Shown here: one piece after another, positions 8,691 through 18,040 of the stretch
How the letters are laid out: each line of letters starts with the position of its first letter
Position numbering within the stretch: position 1 is the first letter of the stretch
Origin: a virus
DNA: 64,000 bases
Reading direction: 5' to 3' (one strand)
IMG/VR virus record: IMGVR_UViG_3300045988_174371
Coordinates: 128,001 to 192,000 of that record
Position numbers and translations under genes: made by a program
Notes under the pieces: model-generated
Told to the model about the DNA's origin: nothing
The model's database searches: none
The model's input: the letters and a program-made list of their open reading frames with translations, nothing else

Positions 8691-9611
8691 CTAGCTGGAT
8701 AGGTGGCGAAGCTCCTTGGCTACCGCGTCAAGCAGAGCGGAAGCTTCTTCAACGTCAAGCGCCATACGTCCAGCGTAATACGGCATCACGACACGTTCAA
8801 CAATACCGCGAGCAGTGAACTTGTCGCCCGCTTCCTTTTCGGCATAATCCACAAGGGACTCACATTCAGCAGGAACATTGAGCACTAGCGGGACGTGGTG
8901 GTGTTCCTTATTCCAGTAGGTGACAGCTTCGTTATGCATCTTTGCTGACCCTTCGGGACACGCTACCAGTAGGTCGCCTTCCAGCTCTGACGCGCCGCTA
9001 ATCTCAACGTCGCCAATGACCTGAACCCTGCCATGTAGCCTTGACGCGCCGCGAACCTTAACGCCAGCAGAGATGTTAGACGCGCCGCTAAGGGTAGAGA
9101 ACTCAGAAACCACCGTTTCCATACCGTCGCCACCCAGTACGCGGCAAGAGTCAGTAACCATAGCTGAGTCAATCAGCACGCTACCACTGCCCAGCAACCC
9201 ATCATTCGACAGCGAGCCGCCAATATACGCCATACCAGAGACGGAAGCGTAACCGCTCACGACAGCGTTGCCTGCAACATAGGCGCTACCGCTGACTTCT
9301 GCGTCACCCTCAACGCGCCCGGTTACGATTGCATCATCCGCAACCCAGCAGGCACCTTCCTGCGAGAGACACCCTTCATGTAGTACGTAGCCGCCAATCT
9401 CACCAGGCATAATGTCCGGCTGAGCGCCAATACGCTCGATACGCCTTAGTGCCTGAATACGGTGAACTGCCTGACCGTCTACGGTAGAGCGGGCGTACTT
9501 CTCATCCTTGAGTACGCGGAACTTCTTGTCGTCGCCCTTGAGCTTGTTCGCAACAATGGCAGGCGCGGCGGCGATACTAGTGATAGCGGGAGCCTCGGAA
9601 ATAAACGGCAT
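8691..9611 (-). CDS. YdcK-like beta-helix repeat protein (306 aa)
   Basis: HRIQAL..PGEIGGYVLHEGCLSQEGACWV plus repeats. Trimmed to the ATG at 9611 behind CCGAAAGGG. Confidence 0.65.
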   Translation of the reverse strand: MPFISEAPAITSIAAAPAIVANKLKGDDKKFRVLKDEKYARSTVDGQAVHRIQALRRIERIGAQPDIMPGEIGGYVLHEGCLSQEGACWVADDAIVTGRVEGDAEVSGSAYVAGNAVVSGYASVSGMAYIGGSLSNDGLLGSGSVLIDSAMVTDSCRVLGGDGMETVVSEFSTLSGASNISAGVKVRGASRLHGRVQVIGDVEISGASELEGDLLVACPEGSAKMHNEAVTYWNKEHHHVPLVLNVPAECESLVDYAEKEAGDKFTARGIVERVVMPYYAGRMALDVEEASALLDAVAKELRHLSS

Positions 9612-9638
9612 GAGCACAGCCCTTTCGGTTGGGTAAAG

Positions 9639-9670
9639 CTTGAGGGGCGGCAAAACAGCCGCCCCTCAAG
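9639..9670 (-). terminator. terminator-like hairpin inside the leader of 8691..9611
   Basis: 13-bp stem cttgaggggcggc/gccgcccctcaag. It lies between the promoter (9727-9756) and the RBS. Confidence 0.5.
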
Positions 9671-9726
9671 GGATTTAATGTATGCAGGTGAGGCGCTTAT
9701 GCGGGGAGCCACAACCTTACGTGTTC

Positions 9727-9756
9727 ACTATATCACACCGCTTGGCAGGTGTTCAA
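9727..9756 (-). promoter_or_regulatory. cassette-family promoter
   Basis: TTGAAC, 18 nt, (TGTGA)TATAGT. Confidence 0.55.
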
Positions 9757-9785
9757 TTGACCTGTAGCGGCTATCGGTGGTGCGC

Positions 9786-11054
9786 TTATGCGTCTTCTGC
9801 CTCGGTTGCAGGGGTGCTAACCTCAGTATCGCCGGGCTCTTCGTCAGCCTTAGCAGGCGTGGGAGGCGGGACAATGGCGGGAGTGTCTGCATTGTCAGCA
9901 GTGTCTACGATATGCTTATCCTCTTCCTTGGCGCGCTCCAACCGCTTCTTATCCCATATCGCCTCCTGCCTCATTGCCAGGTGGTCCATGAACTCTTCGT
10001 ACTCGTCCTTATCGGGGCGCTCTAGGTATTCGATGCCGGTTACAGGGGAGGTCTGCACGTTACGCGGGTAGCCTCCCTCCTTGTCGAAGGATGACGCATA
10101 CGCGCCGGGTCCAGCATCCCCAATTTCCAGCTTTACACCGTAGATGTCGGCAATTTCCTGAGCCGCCTCAAGGACGCGGGGGTAACCAATCTTCCAGTGA
10201 GGGAGCACTGAGCCGTACTCTTCGTAACCGAATGCCTCGGCTGAGTGTGCCCAGTCGTCGTTTGCTCGTAGAAGAAGGGTGGTGGGGAACCCCCACATGT
10301 TCATTGGCTCGTCAATGACTTCACCTGATAGGTCGGTGAAGCCGCGTTCACTCACTAGCACAACTCCGCCGGTAACGATGGAACCCTTACGTAGCTGTAC
10401 GTGCCCAGCAACGACAGCAGAACCACTCACGCGGCTAAAGCGGATGACCAATGCGCCATCTGAGACGCGGGCGCGACCAGAAACCCAGGAATGGTTATCT
10501 ATGGTGGTTTGGCGGCGGTCGAAGATGAGGTCTTTATCCACCCCCACGAAGTTACGACCAACAACCTGCGCGTAGTCGGTCACCATAGACTCGGTTACTT
10601 CTGCGCCGTCAATCACTTGTGCGAAGTCAGAGATGAGCGACCGACCGTTTACCTTGGATGGATACCCTACATGGGCGTGACCAGTTACCTGGCTATCATC
10701 TGACACATAGCCGGAGATAAGTGCGTCGTCTGCTACCCAGCATGACCCGCGATGGCTGAGGGTTATGCCGTGGCTAGGGTTGGTGGCGATGTAGCCGCCC
10801 AGGTCGCCAGGTTCAACCGGCGGTAGCCCAAAGGGGCGTTCAATGCGGCGTAGCGCGCGGATGCGCTGATAGGTGGTGTCGCCTATGGTGATGGTGTGCT
10901 TGTCGCCACTCAGCACCTCGTATTTACTGTTCTGCCAGTCGTGTATTGCTGAATTGAGTACAGTTTCGTTGCTGTACGTCTCGCGGATACCGGCGCGAGC
11001 GCGCAAAGCAAGTTCTTTGGCGTTGCGGGTGAGGTTGCTAATGTTGCTAGGCAT
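9786..11054 (-). CDS. YdcK-like beta-helix protein with C-terminal extension (422 aa)
   Basis: QRIRAL..PGDLGGYIA...GSCWV plus repeats, followed by about 170 aa more with an acidic P/T/E tail. Confidence 0.65.
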   Translation of the reverse strand: MPSNISNLTRNAKELALRARAGIRETYSNETVLNSAIHDWQNSKYEVLSGDKHTITIGDTTYQRIRALRRIERPFGLPPVEPGDLGGYIATNPSHGITLSHRGSCWVADDALISGYVSDDSQVTGHAHVGYPSKVNGRSLISDFAQVIDGAEVTESMVTDYAQVVGRNFVGVDKDLIFDRRQTTIDNHSWVSGRARVSDGALVIRFSRVSGSAVVAGHVQLRKGSIVTGGVVLVSERGFTDLSGEVIDEPMNMWGFPTTLLLRANDDWAHSAEAFGYEEYGSVLPHWKIGYPRVLEAAQEIADIYGVKLEIGDAGPGAYASSFDKEGGYPRNVQTSPVTGIEYLERPDKDEYEEFMDHLAMRQEAIWDKKRLERAKEEDKHIVDTADNADTPAIVPPPTPAKADEEPGDTEVSTPATEAEDA

Positions 11055-11353
11055 GTTTGATTGCCTTTCTCTATGTGTTTCATCCTGCTTTGCCTGCTTC
11101 GGCTTACGGTTAGAGCTTTAGCGGGGGTGCAGGGAATGGTATTGCGCATGTGGTGAAAGTTATGCGCTTTACATATATAGCCCGTAGGTCGCCCTATGCG
11201 TCACAAGGGTTATTAAAAGCCCCTGGAGGCGATTCTAGGGCTTCCATGTCGCCCTGTGTGGAATTTATCGACCATTGGGCGCTTATCGCCTCTGCGGGGC
11301 GCTCAGGGGCTTTCAGGATATACTAGAGCCCGCCTTACTGAGTGTAGACATAA

Positions 11354-11390
11354 GGAAGCCCCCTACAGAGGCTCTGTAGGGGGGGTTCCT
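11354..11390 (-). terminator. hairpin terminator of 11401..11724
   Basis: ggaagccccctacagag pairs with ctctgtagggggggttcc. Confidence 0.6.
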
Positions 11391-11400
11391 CAACTAGGGG

Positions 11401-11724
11401 CTAAATGCCTTCAAAGTATTCAATAAGCTCTCGAACTTCGTCGGTTGCTACCACATCGAGGGTGAGTTCTTCCTCCGGGTCATAAGCAGAAATCTCTACG
11501 AAGTCCTTACCCAGAGTGATAGATGCTTCAATGCCACCATCAAGCTCGACATACATGATGTCATCCTGAATGTCCTTCGGGCGGGTAACGATGGAGCCGT
11601 CTGCCGCGCGATGGTAGTTGTGGATAAGGGTAGTCAGTTCCTCCATATCCTTAATGGAATCCTTGGTAACTTCAACCTTTGCGGAGGTGGTCACGTAGTA
11701 CGCGGTGGTGTAGGTGGTCTGCAT
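11401..11724 (-). CDS. small acidic protein (107 aa)
   Basis: Full ORF with a GAAAGG SD. Confidence 0.65.
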   Translation of the reverse strand: MQTTYTTAYYVTTSAKVEVTKDSIKDMEELTTLIHNYHRAADGSIVTRPKDIQDDIMYVELDGGIEASITLGKDFVEISAYDPEEELTLDVVATDEVRELIEYFEGI

Positions 11725-11757
11725 GATTCGCGCCTTTCGACTGATGAGGTAACTGCT

Positions 11758-11792
11758 TGTAGCTTCTTTCTGGAGTGTATCCCCTCGCTACA
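11758..11792 (-). promoter_or_regulatory. 5' leader stem-loop
   Basis: Outer stem TGTAGC/GCTACA, inner stem GGGG/CUCC. Confidence 0.5.
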
Positions 11793-11797
11793 TTTAT

Positions 11798-11827
11798 AGT
11801 CTAGCACAGATTTAACCCCCTATACAA
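11798..11827 (-). promoter_or_regulatory. cassette-family promoter
   Basis: TTGTAT, 18 nt, (TGTGC)TAGACT. Confidence 0.6.
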
Positions 11828-11894
11828 CTCAGTTTCGCATTAAGCGAGTTGCATAGGGGGTGTCGTATGCGGAGGGGACACGGCATCCACCGTC

Positions 11895-12143
11895 TTAATG
11901 CCGCAGTGACACTGCCACCGCTATTGCGGCAACGACTAGGGCAATGTCAATGGCGGTAAGCGCCACTAACGCCAGCCTACGCTTACCAGGTGAAAGGTCT
12001 ATCATAATAAACTTTGCCACGTAGCAAGCTAGGGCGATAGTGGCGGCAAAGCCTAGAAGGAAGAGGATGGTATGCATTGCAAGTGCAACCACAGCCAGAA
12101 CAACTAGGAATAAGTTTTCTAGCTCAGCAAAATAAAAATCCAT
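11895..12143 (-). CDS. small membrane protein (82 aa)
   Basis: Three hydrophobic segments. There is no own promoter and the SD is weak. It sits 24 nt after the 12167-12207 hairpin. Confidence 0.45.
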   Translation of the reverse strand: MDFYFAELENLFLVVLAVVALAMHTILFLLGFAATIALACYVAKFIMIDLSPGKRRLALVALTAIDIALVVAAIAVAVSLRH

Positions 12144-12166
12144 ATCAACACCATAAACCAGACATT

Positions 12167-12207
12167 GCGTTGTCCCTCAGCCTAAACGTATGACTGAGGG
12201 ACAACGC
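12167..12207 (-). terminator. hairpin terminator of 12215..12988
   Basis: gcgttgtccctcag pairs with ctgagggacaacgc. Confidence 0.55.
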
Positions 12208-12214
12208 CATATCG

Positions 12215-12988
12215 CTAGATAGAAAGCTTATCCACTACTTCCCAGCAGGCGGGGTCGAACTCGCGCCCCAGCTCATCATAGAAGGTGTTGAGCTCACTAT
12301 GCGCCCACTGCACATAGTTAATGCTCTTGTCAATGTCGAACGTCATTTCGAGGGTGACCTCCATCAGTCGAGCGGCGCACTCTTCATAGGTCTTACCGTA
12401 AATGTTATATTCCTCAGCAGGAGAGGGGAGGCAGAGGGGCTTACCTTTCTCGAAGCTGAACATTTCGGCGTAGACCATACCCAGCACTACACTCAGAGGC
12501 TTATCAGGCGCTTCTGCCTGATAGTCAGCATAACGCTCGGCAAAAGCGTCTAGGCATTCGTGACGCTTTTCCAGCACCCAGCCCCGCGCCTGAGTAAGAG
12601 CGTCCTTAGCGTCAAGCAGGAGGCTGGACAAGGTGTTGGCGGGATTACGGTCGGTTAGCGACAAGCTTAGGTGGTGTCGAGGAATGTCGCTACGTTGGCG
12701 ATAGTGATAGTATGCCGCCGCTTCGTCTTCACTGCTGGCAAAGATGGCGCGGTCGAGCTGGCGAAGACGGTATTCGCGGTCAAACCACATTCGAACATCG
12801 TATTCAGGTGCTTCTTCTTGCAGTACGACGAGTTCATCTTCCCGCATGGGGTAGTCTTCGTAGTATTCACCGTCGGGGAAGATGCCGGACACGGAGAGAG
12901 ATTCGCCATTTAGGGTCTTTTCTGACTTTACGGCGTGAACGTAGAAGGGGGAGTTGATGTTAATGATGTCGCGGGGTGAGACGGGCAT
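12215..12988 (-). CDS. mosaic-family protein, short member (257 aa)
   Basis: Shares MPVSPRDI, WFDREYRL and ECLDAFAERYADYQ with 13233..14312. Its C-terminus (GKPLCLPSP...FDIDKSINYVQW) matches 21011..22090. Confidence 0.65.
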   Translation of the reverse strand: MPVSPRDIININSPFYVHAVKSEKTLNGESLSVSGIFPDGEYYEDYPMREDELVVLQEEAPEYDVRMWFDREYRLRQLDRAIFASSEDEAAAYYHYRQRSDIPRHHLSLSLTDRNPANTLSSLLLDAKDALTQARGWVLEKRHECLDAFAERYADYQAEAPDKPLSVVLGMVYAEMFSFEKGKPLCLPSPAEEYNIYGKTYEECAARLMEVTLEMTFDIDKSINYVQWAHSELNTFYDELGREFDPACWEVVDKLSI

Positions 12989-13044
12989 GTCTAGAACCTT
13001 TCGGCAGGTAGTCATTGCGGGTATGGTATTTACTAAACATTTAC

Positions 13045-13074
13045 AGTGTATCACATATTTCTAGAGGGTGTCAG
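13045..13074 (-). promoter_or_regulatory. cassette-family promoter
   Basis: CTGACA, 18 nt, (TGTGA)TACACT. Confidence 0.55.
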
Positions 13075-13144
13075 GCTCTCTGTTTGGAATACGCCCAGCC
13101 CACGCTAACGCCTAGCTCTTCTAGCTAGTTGGTGTGACCATAGG

Positions 13145-13190
13145 TGAACGCCCTGCGGTAGACCTTGTGTGCCTTACCGCAGGGCGTTCA
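13145..13190 (-). terminator. hairpin terminator of 13233..14312
   Basis: tgaacgccctgcggta pairs with taccgcagggcgttca. Confidence 0.6.
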
Positions 13191-13232
13191 AGCTTTTCGT
13201 TATGCATCACCCCAGCATGGGCGCGCGGGGCT

Positions 13233-14312
13233 TTACAGCCCTGCTTCGTCGTAAATCGCCGCCAGTCGAGAGCGCAACTCACGAACCGCAGTGACCTCAC
13301 CCCTAATGCCCACGATAACGCCATCCACTAGTTGCAACATCTTATTGCGTCGGAAAGCATAGTTATCGCGCTCATAGATAGGCACGTCACCCACACCCTT
13401 TAGTAGCGACTTGAGGCAATCAGAGCCGTCACGGATAGAGCCAGTGAACACATCCCTAAAGATGCCCTCTAGTGAATTGCCTAGGCGGTCGTAGTACCGA
13501 GTTAGCTTGAGGTAGTCGTCAATATCTTTAAGGGAGCCGATAGGTAGAAGCTTTACGGAGGCGGCAAGGATACGGAAAGTATCGTCGCCGGACACTAGCA
13601 ACAAGTGGTTAGGGTTATTAGAGGTGGAGGAAATTACGCCACGGCGTACATCATTCCCACCAATACGGAAGTTCGCCCTAGCTTTCCCATCCACAGTTCC
13701 TAGAACCTTCATGTAACCATCCTGATTACCTTCATAGTAACCAGCGGAGGTCATTTCATAAATACCGCCGCCACGGAGCAATATACCCGGTAGTGCAACA
13801 CAGTCGCTAGTGAACTCAGGGGTAGACACGACAATCTGCTGTCGTGCCTGGTAGTCAGCGTGACACTCTTCAAACGCTTTCAAACATTCGATGCGCCTAC
13901 CCTCAAACCATTCACTTTCATGCAAGAGGATACGCTCTGCTTCATTCAGGAAGTCAAAGGCGGCTTTGGCAGAGTCACGACTCACCACAGACACCCCTAG
14001 CGGGCGCATCCGCGAATCCCCATACCTGGAGTTATTCACGAACGATAGCATCCGACTAAGCAAGGCGCGCATCTCACCAATAATGAGGTTTAGGCGGCTT
14101 TCACGGTCGAACCACTCCTGAGCATCACCCCTGGACACGTTCGTCGCAACCTTCTTAACCTCATCACCCTCATGCAGGGCGCAGGTCACCATCTGGTCGG
14201 TAGCGCGTACCCCCTCAATGGTCACATTGCCGAACTTGTCGGGATTAGAGATGGAATGTACATAAATCAAGCCGCCGCTTACATGCACAACGTCACGCGG
14301 GGAAATATTCAT
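13233..14312 (-). CDS. mosaic-family protein (359 aa)
   Basis: Paralogue of 21011..22090. Shared blocks: WFDRESRLN, EWFEGRRIECLKAFEE, GGIYEM, VKLLPIGSLKDIDDYL. Confidence 0.7.
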   Translation of the reverse strand: MNISPRDVVHVSGGLIYVHSISNPDKFGNVTIEGVRATDQMVTCALHEGDEVKKVATNVSRGDAQEWFDRESRLNLIIGEMRALLSRMLSFVNNSRYGDSRMRPLGVSVVSRDSAKAAFDFLNEAERILLHESEWFEGRRIECLKAFEECHADYQARQQIVVSTPEFTSDCVALPGILLRGGGIYEMTSAGYYEGNQDGYMKVLGTVDGKARANFRIGGNDVRRGVISSTSNNPNHLLLVSGDDTFRILAASVKLLPIGSLKDIDDYLKLTRYYDRLGNSLEGIFRDVFTGSIRDGSDCLKSLLKGVGDVPIYERDNYAFRRNKMLQLVDGVIVGIRGEVTAVRELRSRLAAIYDEAGL

Positions 14313-14388
14313 GAGTAAGACCTTTCAGTAGATTTGAAGCTTGAATGAGTGGCTGGCGTGCCATGTACCCCACTCATGTTATATACAT

Positions 14389-14418
14389 AGTGTATCACAT
14401 ATTATGGATTTACGGCTT
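14389..14418 (-). promoter_or_regulatory. cassette-family promoter (weak -35)
   Basis: AATATGTGA-TACACT. Confidence 0.45.
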
Positions 14419-14868
14419 TCACTGGAATGAGCATTAGGGATTAGCCATAAAGCGTATGAGGAGCCCATAACCGCATCAGTACGGTTATGGACTCCTCATG
14501 TAGCATGGTAATCATGCCGAGCCATAGCCCCTATATGAGAGGGCTAGAAGCCACCGCTAGATGTAAAAACTGAATACTTCCCATTATGCCACTATTCCGT
14601 GTCGTCCGCATCATCCCACACAGGGAGCCAGTCAGGAATGAGCATAAGAACGGCAGACAGCAATATTTGGCGAGTGCAGGTATAGAGGTAGCCCCTTACG
14701 AGATGAGGTTAATACTTTATCTCGCAAGGGGCTACCACCTGAAAGAAGAATATGGAAAGCATTATACCTGCACCCTGGCAGGAAAGCAACTCACCCCTAA
14801 TTCGTGGCGGCAATGCTTGATGGTTGCCGCCTGCGTGTCGCCGTGAGGGTATCAAATGTGAGCCGCAT

Positions 14869-14919
14869 ACAGTAGAGCCGCCTGCATATCCTTAGTGATA
14901 CGCGGGCGGCTCTACTGTA
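14869..14919 (-). terminator. hairpin terminator of 14931..15326
   Basis: acagtagagccgcc pairs with ggcggctctactgt. Confidence 0.6.
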
Positions 14920-14930
14920 CTAGATGTTAG

Positions 14931-15326
14931 CTAGATTCCAAGCTGGTTGGGTACAGCATACTCGATAGAAACGTCAATGAAGTTGATGCCCTGGAAGATG
15001 GATACCTCTTCACCCAGCAGACCCAACGCACCCATGAGCTGTAGGATAAGCTTGTCGGTGTAGTTGATGCGGCTCAGGTCTACGGTTGCGGTAATCTCGG
15101 CAACGGCGTTACCTTCTTCGTCTTCAGCCTCAACGGAGCGCTGTTCTTCATCGAAGAAGTAGAGGGTTGCCTCCGTGTCACCTTCACCGCAGGCAATGGA
15201 GATGGTGCGTGCCTTCTCGCCAAGGGTTTCTGCAAGGCTGTCGGCAGTAAAACCGTCGATAGGGTCGATGTGTGCGGTGAAGCTCTGGGTTTCGCCCTGG
15301 AAGTTGAGGATGGATTCGGGGTACAT
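14931..15326 (-). CDS. small acidic protein (131 aa)
   Basis: Trimmed to the ATG at 15326 behind CCGAAAGG. Confidence 0.65.
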   Translation of the reverse strand: MYPESILNFQGETQSFTAHIDPIDGFTADSLAETLGEKARTISIACGEGDTEATLYFFDEEQRSVEAEDEEGNAVAEITATVDLSRINYTDKLILQLMGALGLLGEEVSIFQGINFIDVSIEYAVPNQLGI

Positions 15327-15358
15327 GCTAGACAGCCTTTCGGTAGCGGTAGATGGTG

Positions 15359-15398
15359 TGTAGCTTTTTCTTTGGAAGCTTTTCTCTTCCTTGCTACA
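15359..15398 (-). promoter_or_regulatory. 5' leader stem-loop
   Basis: Outer stem TGTAGC/GCTACA, inner stem GGAAG/CTTCC. Confidence 0.5.
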
Positions 15399-15403
15399 TT
15401 TAT

Positions 15404-15433
15404 AGTCTAACACATATTTCGGAACGTGTGCAA
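15404..15433 (-). promoter_or_regulatory. cassette-family promoter
   Basis: TTGCAC, 18 nt, (TGTGT)TAGACT. Confidence 0.6.
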
Positions 15434-15533
15434 GTCGAATATGTGTGAAGTGAAACACAGGGCTATTGCGCCTATCTACAGCAGGCGGCAAAGCATCCAT
15501 AGGGCTAGGTAACCCGCCAGGCAAAATGAGCAT

Positions 15534-15584
15534 GGGTAGAGCCCCTTACGCCTAAGGGGTACTTAGGCGTAAGGGGCTCTACCC
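15534..15584 (-). terminator. hairpin terminator of 15603..15995
   Basis: 23-bp stem: gggtagagccccttacgcctaag pairs with cttaggcgtaaggggctctaccc. Confidence 0.65.
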
Positions 15585-15602
15585 ATATGGGGTTTGTTGC
15601 TA

Positions 15603-15995
15603 CTATCCGTAGCGCTCAACACTTTCCTTGATGCCCTCAAGAGTAGACTCAAGGTTTCCAGCCAGGCTCTCAGCCTCACTATTCACGAGGCTAACCTGGA
15701 AGCCATACTCACTATCCTCCAGGGTGCGAAACTGGGTGAGGTTCTTCAGGGCTCGAATACGGGCTTCCATTGCGTCAGATGCGATAACGCGGAGGCGGTG
15801 AATGCTCTTTGCCTTGCTTTGTGCGCGGGCGAAAACTACCGGCGCTACAGATGCGTTTGCAAAGAATAGTTCGGTCTGTGCGTCAAGGTCGCATTCCTTG
15901 GTCAGCTTAGAGGCGGCTTCCAGCGCGTCACTTTCAATCTGAGCCAGGTTCTTCAAGATGTTCTTTGCGCGTTCGTTGATTTCAGCAGTAGACAT
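15603..15995 (-). CDS. helical protein, paralogue of 19501..19902 (130 aa)
   Basis: DLDAQTELFFANASVAPVVFARAQSKAKSIHRLRVIASDAMEARIRAL aligns with the 19501 protein. Confidence 0.65.
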   Translation of the reverse strand: MSTAEINERAKNILKNLAQIESDALEAASKLTKECDLDAQTELFFANASVAPVVFARAQSKAKSIHRLRVIASDAMEARIRALKNLTQFRTLEDSEYGFQVSLVNSEAESLAGNLESTLEGIKESVERYG

Positions 15996-16027
15996 TAGAT
16001 GCTCCTTGCATGTTTAGAGAAACTGTC

Positions 16028-16063
16028 TGTAGCTTTTCTCTGGAAGCTCTCTTCCTCGCTACA
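16028..16063 (-). promoter_or_regulatory. 5' leader stem-loop
   Basis: Sequence identical to the 18422-18457 copy. Confidence 0.5.
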
Positions 16064-16068
16064 CTTAC

Positions 16069-16098
16069 AGTCTAACACATATTTCAGACAGTACGCAA
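16069..16098 (-). promoter_or_regulatory. cassette-family promoter
   Basis: TTGCGT, 18 nt, (TGTGT)TAGACT. Confidence 0.6.
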
Positions 16099-16130
16099 GC
16101 CGAATATGTGTTAAGTGGGACACAAAGACG

Positions 16131-16170
16131 AAAGCCCCTTAGCTGATGTGTTTCAGCTAAGGGGCTTCCC
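16131..16170 (-). terminator. hairpin terminator of 16257..17525
   Basis: gaaagccccttagctga pairs with tcagctaaggggcttcc. Confidence 0.6.
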
Positions 16171-16256
16171 TGTAAGTATACGCGGGCGCTCGCTAAGTGT
16201 CACCCATACACTCATACTGTTAGCAGTGAGGTACTTACCGAGCTACCTGCAACAAC

Positions 16257-17525
16257 CTATTGCTCATTGAGTTCTGCCACCGCTTCGAGAGCTTCACGCA
16301 TCTCATTTAGGTACTTATTGCCTTCGTATCGGGCGTTTCCAACCCTGATGCCCACAATCCGCATTACGGTGTCCTTGAGGTACTGTAAACGCAGGACGCT
16401 ACGGCTCTTCTTAGCGTCGAGCGTCATAGAGCTGAGTTCTTCCAACAGTTCAAGCCAGCGGGGAGTCTTTCGATTTGCAGGCTTTGCCTTCTCTACCTCA
16501 ATTTCATCCTCAAGAAGGCTAATAAACCTGTTGAGGGGTTCCTCCTGTGCTTCGTAGAGCGCATGAATCTCACTCACCGCGTCAGGGTTTCGAGTAGGCA
16601 GAACAGCAAAGCTATTCACGTACACAGGCTCCACAGAGCCGCCCGCCTTCACTAGATGTAGAGCCAGGTCATACTTCACCTCTTCGTCATCGTACCAGTC
16701 TTCAACGTGGACAGCCTTAACGCGAAGGGTACCCACTTCATTGGCAGTAAGGTTCTGCACCTGAAGCTCAGAGTCAGAGCCGCCGGTCACCTGCAAGTAC
16801 TGCACGCCCGAAGCAGTCTCGACAGTCACAATGTCTCCAACGAAGCAACCAATGACAGAGCCGCCGCCCAGCGCGGCACTCCTTAGCTGAATAAACTTTG
16901 CCTCGCTGAGGTCTACTCCTTCAGCCGCGCCGTCCGCGTACTTCTGAACAGCTTCACGCTCATCACGGCTCAACAGACAAATAGCACTAGCCACCGACTC
17001 ACTATGCATATCGAGTGAAGTAACCCAGTGGTGATGTTCACCAGTAATGTAAAGATAGATGCGCTCAGCGTCGCCTAGGCGAATGACATGCGGGTTATTT
17101 CGACCTTCATTTAGGGGTGCAACATCGCACCAATCGCTGAAAGCAGACACACCCTTAGGTAGAGCCAAAGACTTACGAGCACGCACAAGCGCCGCGAAAT
17201 AATCCTTCGTCTCATACACAGCGCCATCCGGGAAAGCACGCACAATCTCAACAACCGCCTCAGGCTTGAAAGACTCACCATCCCTCTCACACGGCGACAG
17301 CTCACCCCAGGTAACGACCTGGCTAAGCGTGAAGCGCGGCGCGCCCGCTTCACCCTCGCAGGCAGTCAGTACACAGCGGGCGCGTGAAAAACCGGCAGGC
17401 TTCAAGATTGCGATACCAGCGCCATCATCCATAGAAAGTACCGTGTACAGACCATACTCACCGCCTTCAACCTCGGTAGTGATGATGACATCGCGAACCT
17501 TGAGGTCAGCAATAGTGATAGTCAT
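16257..17525 (-). CDS. hypothetical protein (422 aa)
   Basis: Long ORF trimmed to the ATG at 17525. The SD is weak. The C-terminus looks like a coiled coil. Confidence 0.6.
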   Translation of the reverse strand: MTITIADLKVRDVIITTEVEGGEYGLYTVLSMDDGAGIAILKPAGFSRARCVLTACEGEAGAPRFTLSQVVTWGELSPCERDGESFKPEAVVEIVRAFPDGAVYETKDYFAALVRARKSLALPKGVSAFSDWCDVAPLNEGRNNPHVIRLGDAERIYLYITGEHHHWVTSLDMHSESVASAICLLSRDEREAVQKYADGAAEGVDLSEAKFIQLRSAALGGGSVIGCFVGDIVTVETASGVQYLQVTGGSDSELQVQNLTANEVGTLRVKAVHVEDWYDDEEVKYDLALHLVKAGGSVEPVYVNSFAVLPTRNPDAVSEIHALYEAQEEPLNRFISLLEDEIEVEKAKPANRKTPRWLELLEELSSMTLDAKKSRSVLRLQYLKDTVMRIVGIRVGNARYEGNKYLNEMREALEAVAELNEQ

Positions 17526-17574
17526 AATGGGGGTACACCCTTTTCTGGAAATCATAGTAGTAAATAATAGGTCT

Positions 17575-17604
17575 AGTGTACCACATTATCGGCGGCAGGC
17601 AGGG
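17575..17604 (-). promoter_or_regulatory. cassette-family promoter (weak -35)
   Basis: AATGTGG-TACACT. Confidence 0.4.
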
Positions 17605-17983
17605 GCACCCCTAGCCAGCAAGCGCGAACAAGGCGACCTAAAGAGTGATAATGAGCAATGGCAGGTGGTAAGCATACAGTAACAGCTCACCGCCTATCAG
17701 CGCTCGCATACCCCCCCCAGCAGTGAGTAGTAGGTGTGCATCATGCAGTGAAAGTCCCATTGGGCGGCGGCTCAGCCTGGCAATAGCCGCGCTACAGCTA
17801 GACTCTAAGGCGACAGTAGGAAGCTACCACCGCATCCCTGGCAGGCAGTCAGCACCCCTAGCAAGGGGTGGCATGTGACAATCATCCAGCAGGCGGCAGA
17901 GTCGCTAGGGCAGGGCGTAGATAGAGACACACCCGCTCACCTCTTCCACCGCTGGCAGTGAAGTGTTTTTCAGGGCGCAAAGA

Positions 17984-18006
17984 AGCCCCTGCTACATGCA
18001 GGGGCT
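17984..18006 (-). terminator. short hairpin terminator of 18041..18388
   Basis: agcccctgc pairs with gcaggggct. Confidence 0.45.
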
Positions 18007-18040
18007 TTCATCTAGGGGTACTTGTTATGCGGTAACCATG

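Noticed and set aside
14586-14846. 86-aa plus-strand ORF in the 600-bp spacer 14313-14930.
   Set aside because: It has no SD or promoter and an unstructured basic sequence. The region is better explained as non-coding spacer with three hairpins (14458-14497, 14688-14738, 14806-14832).
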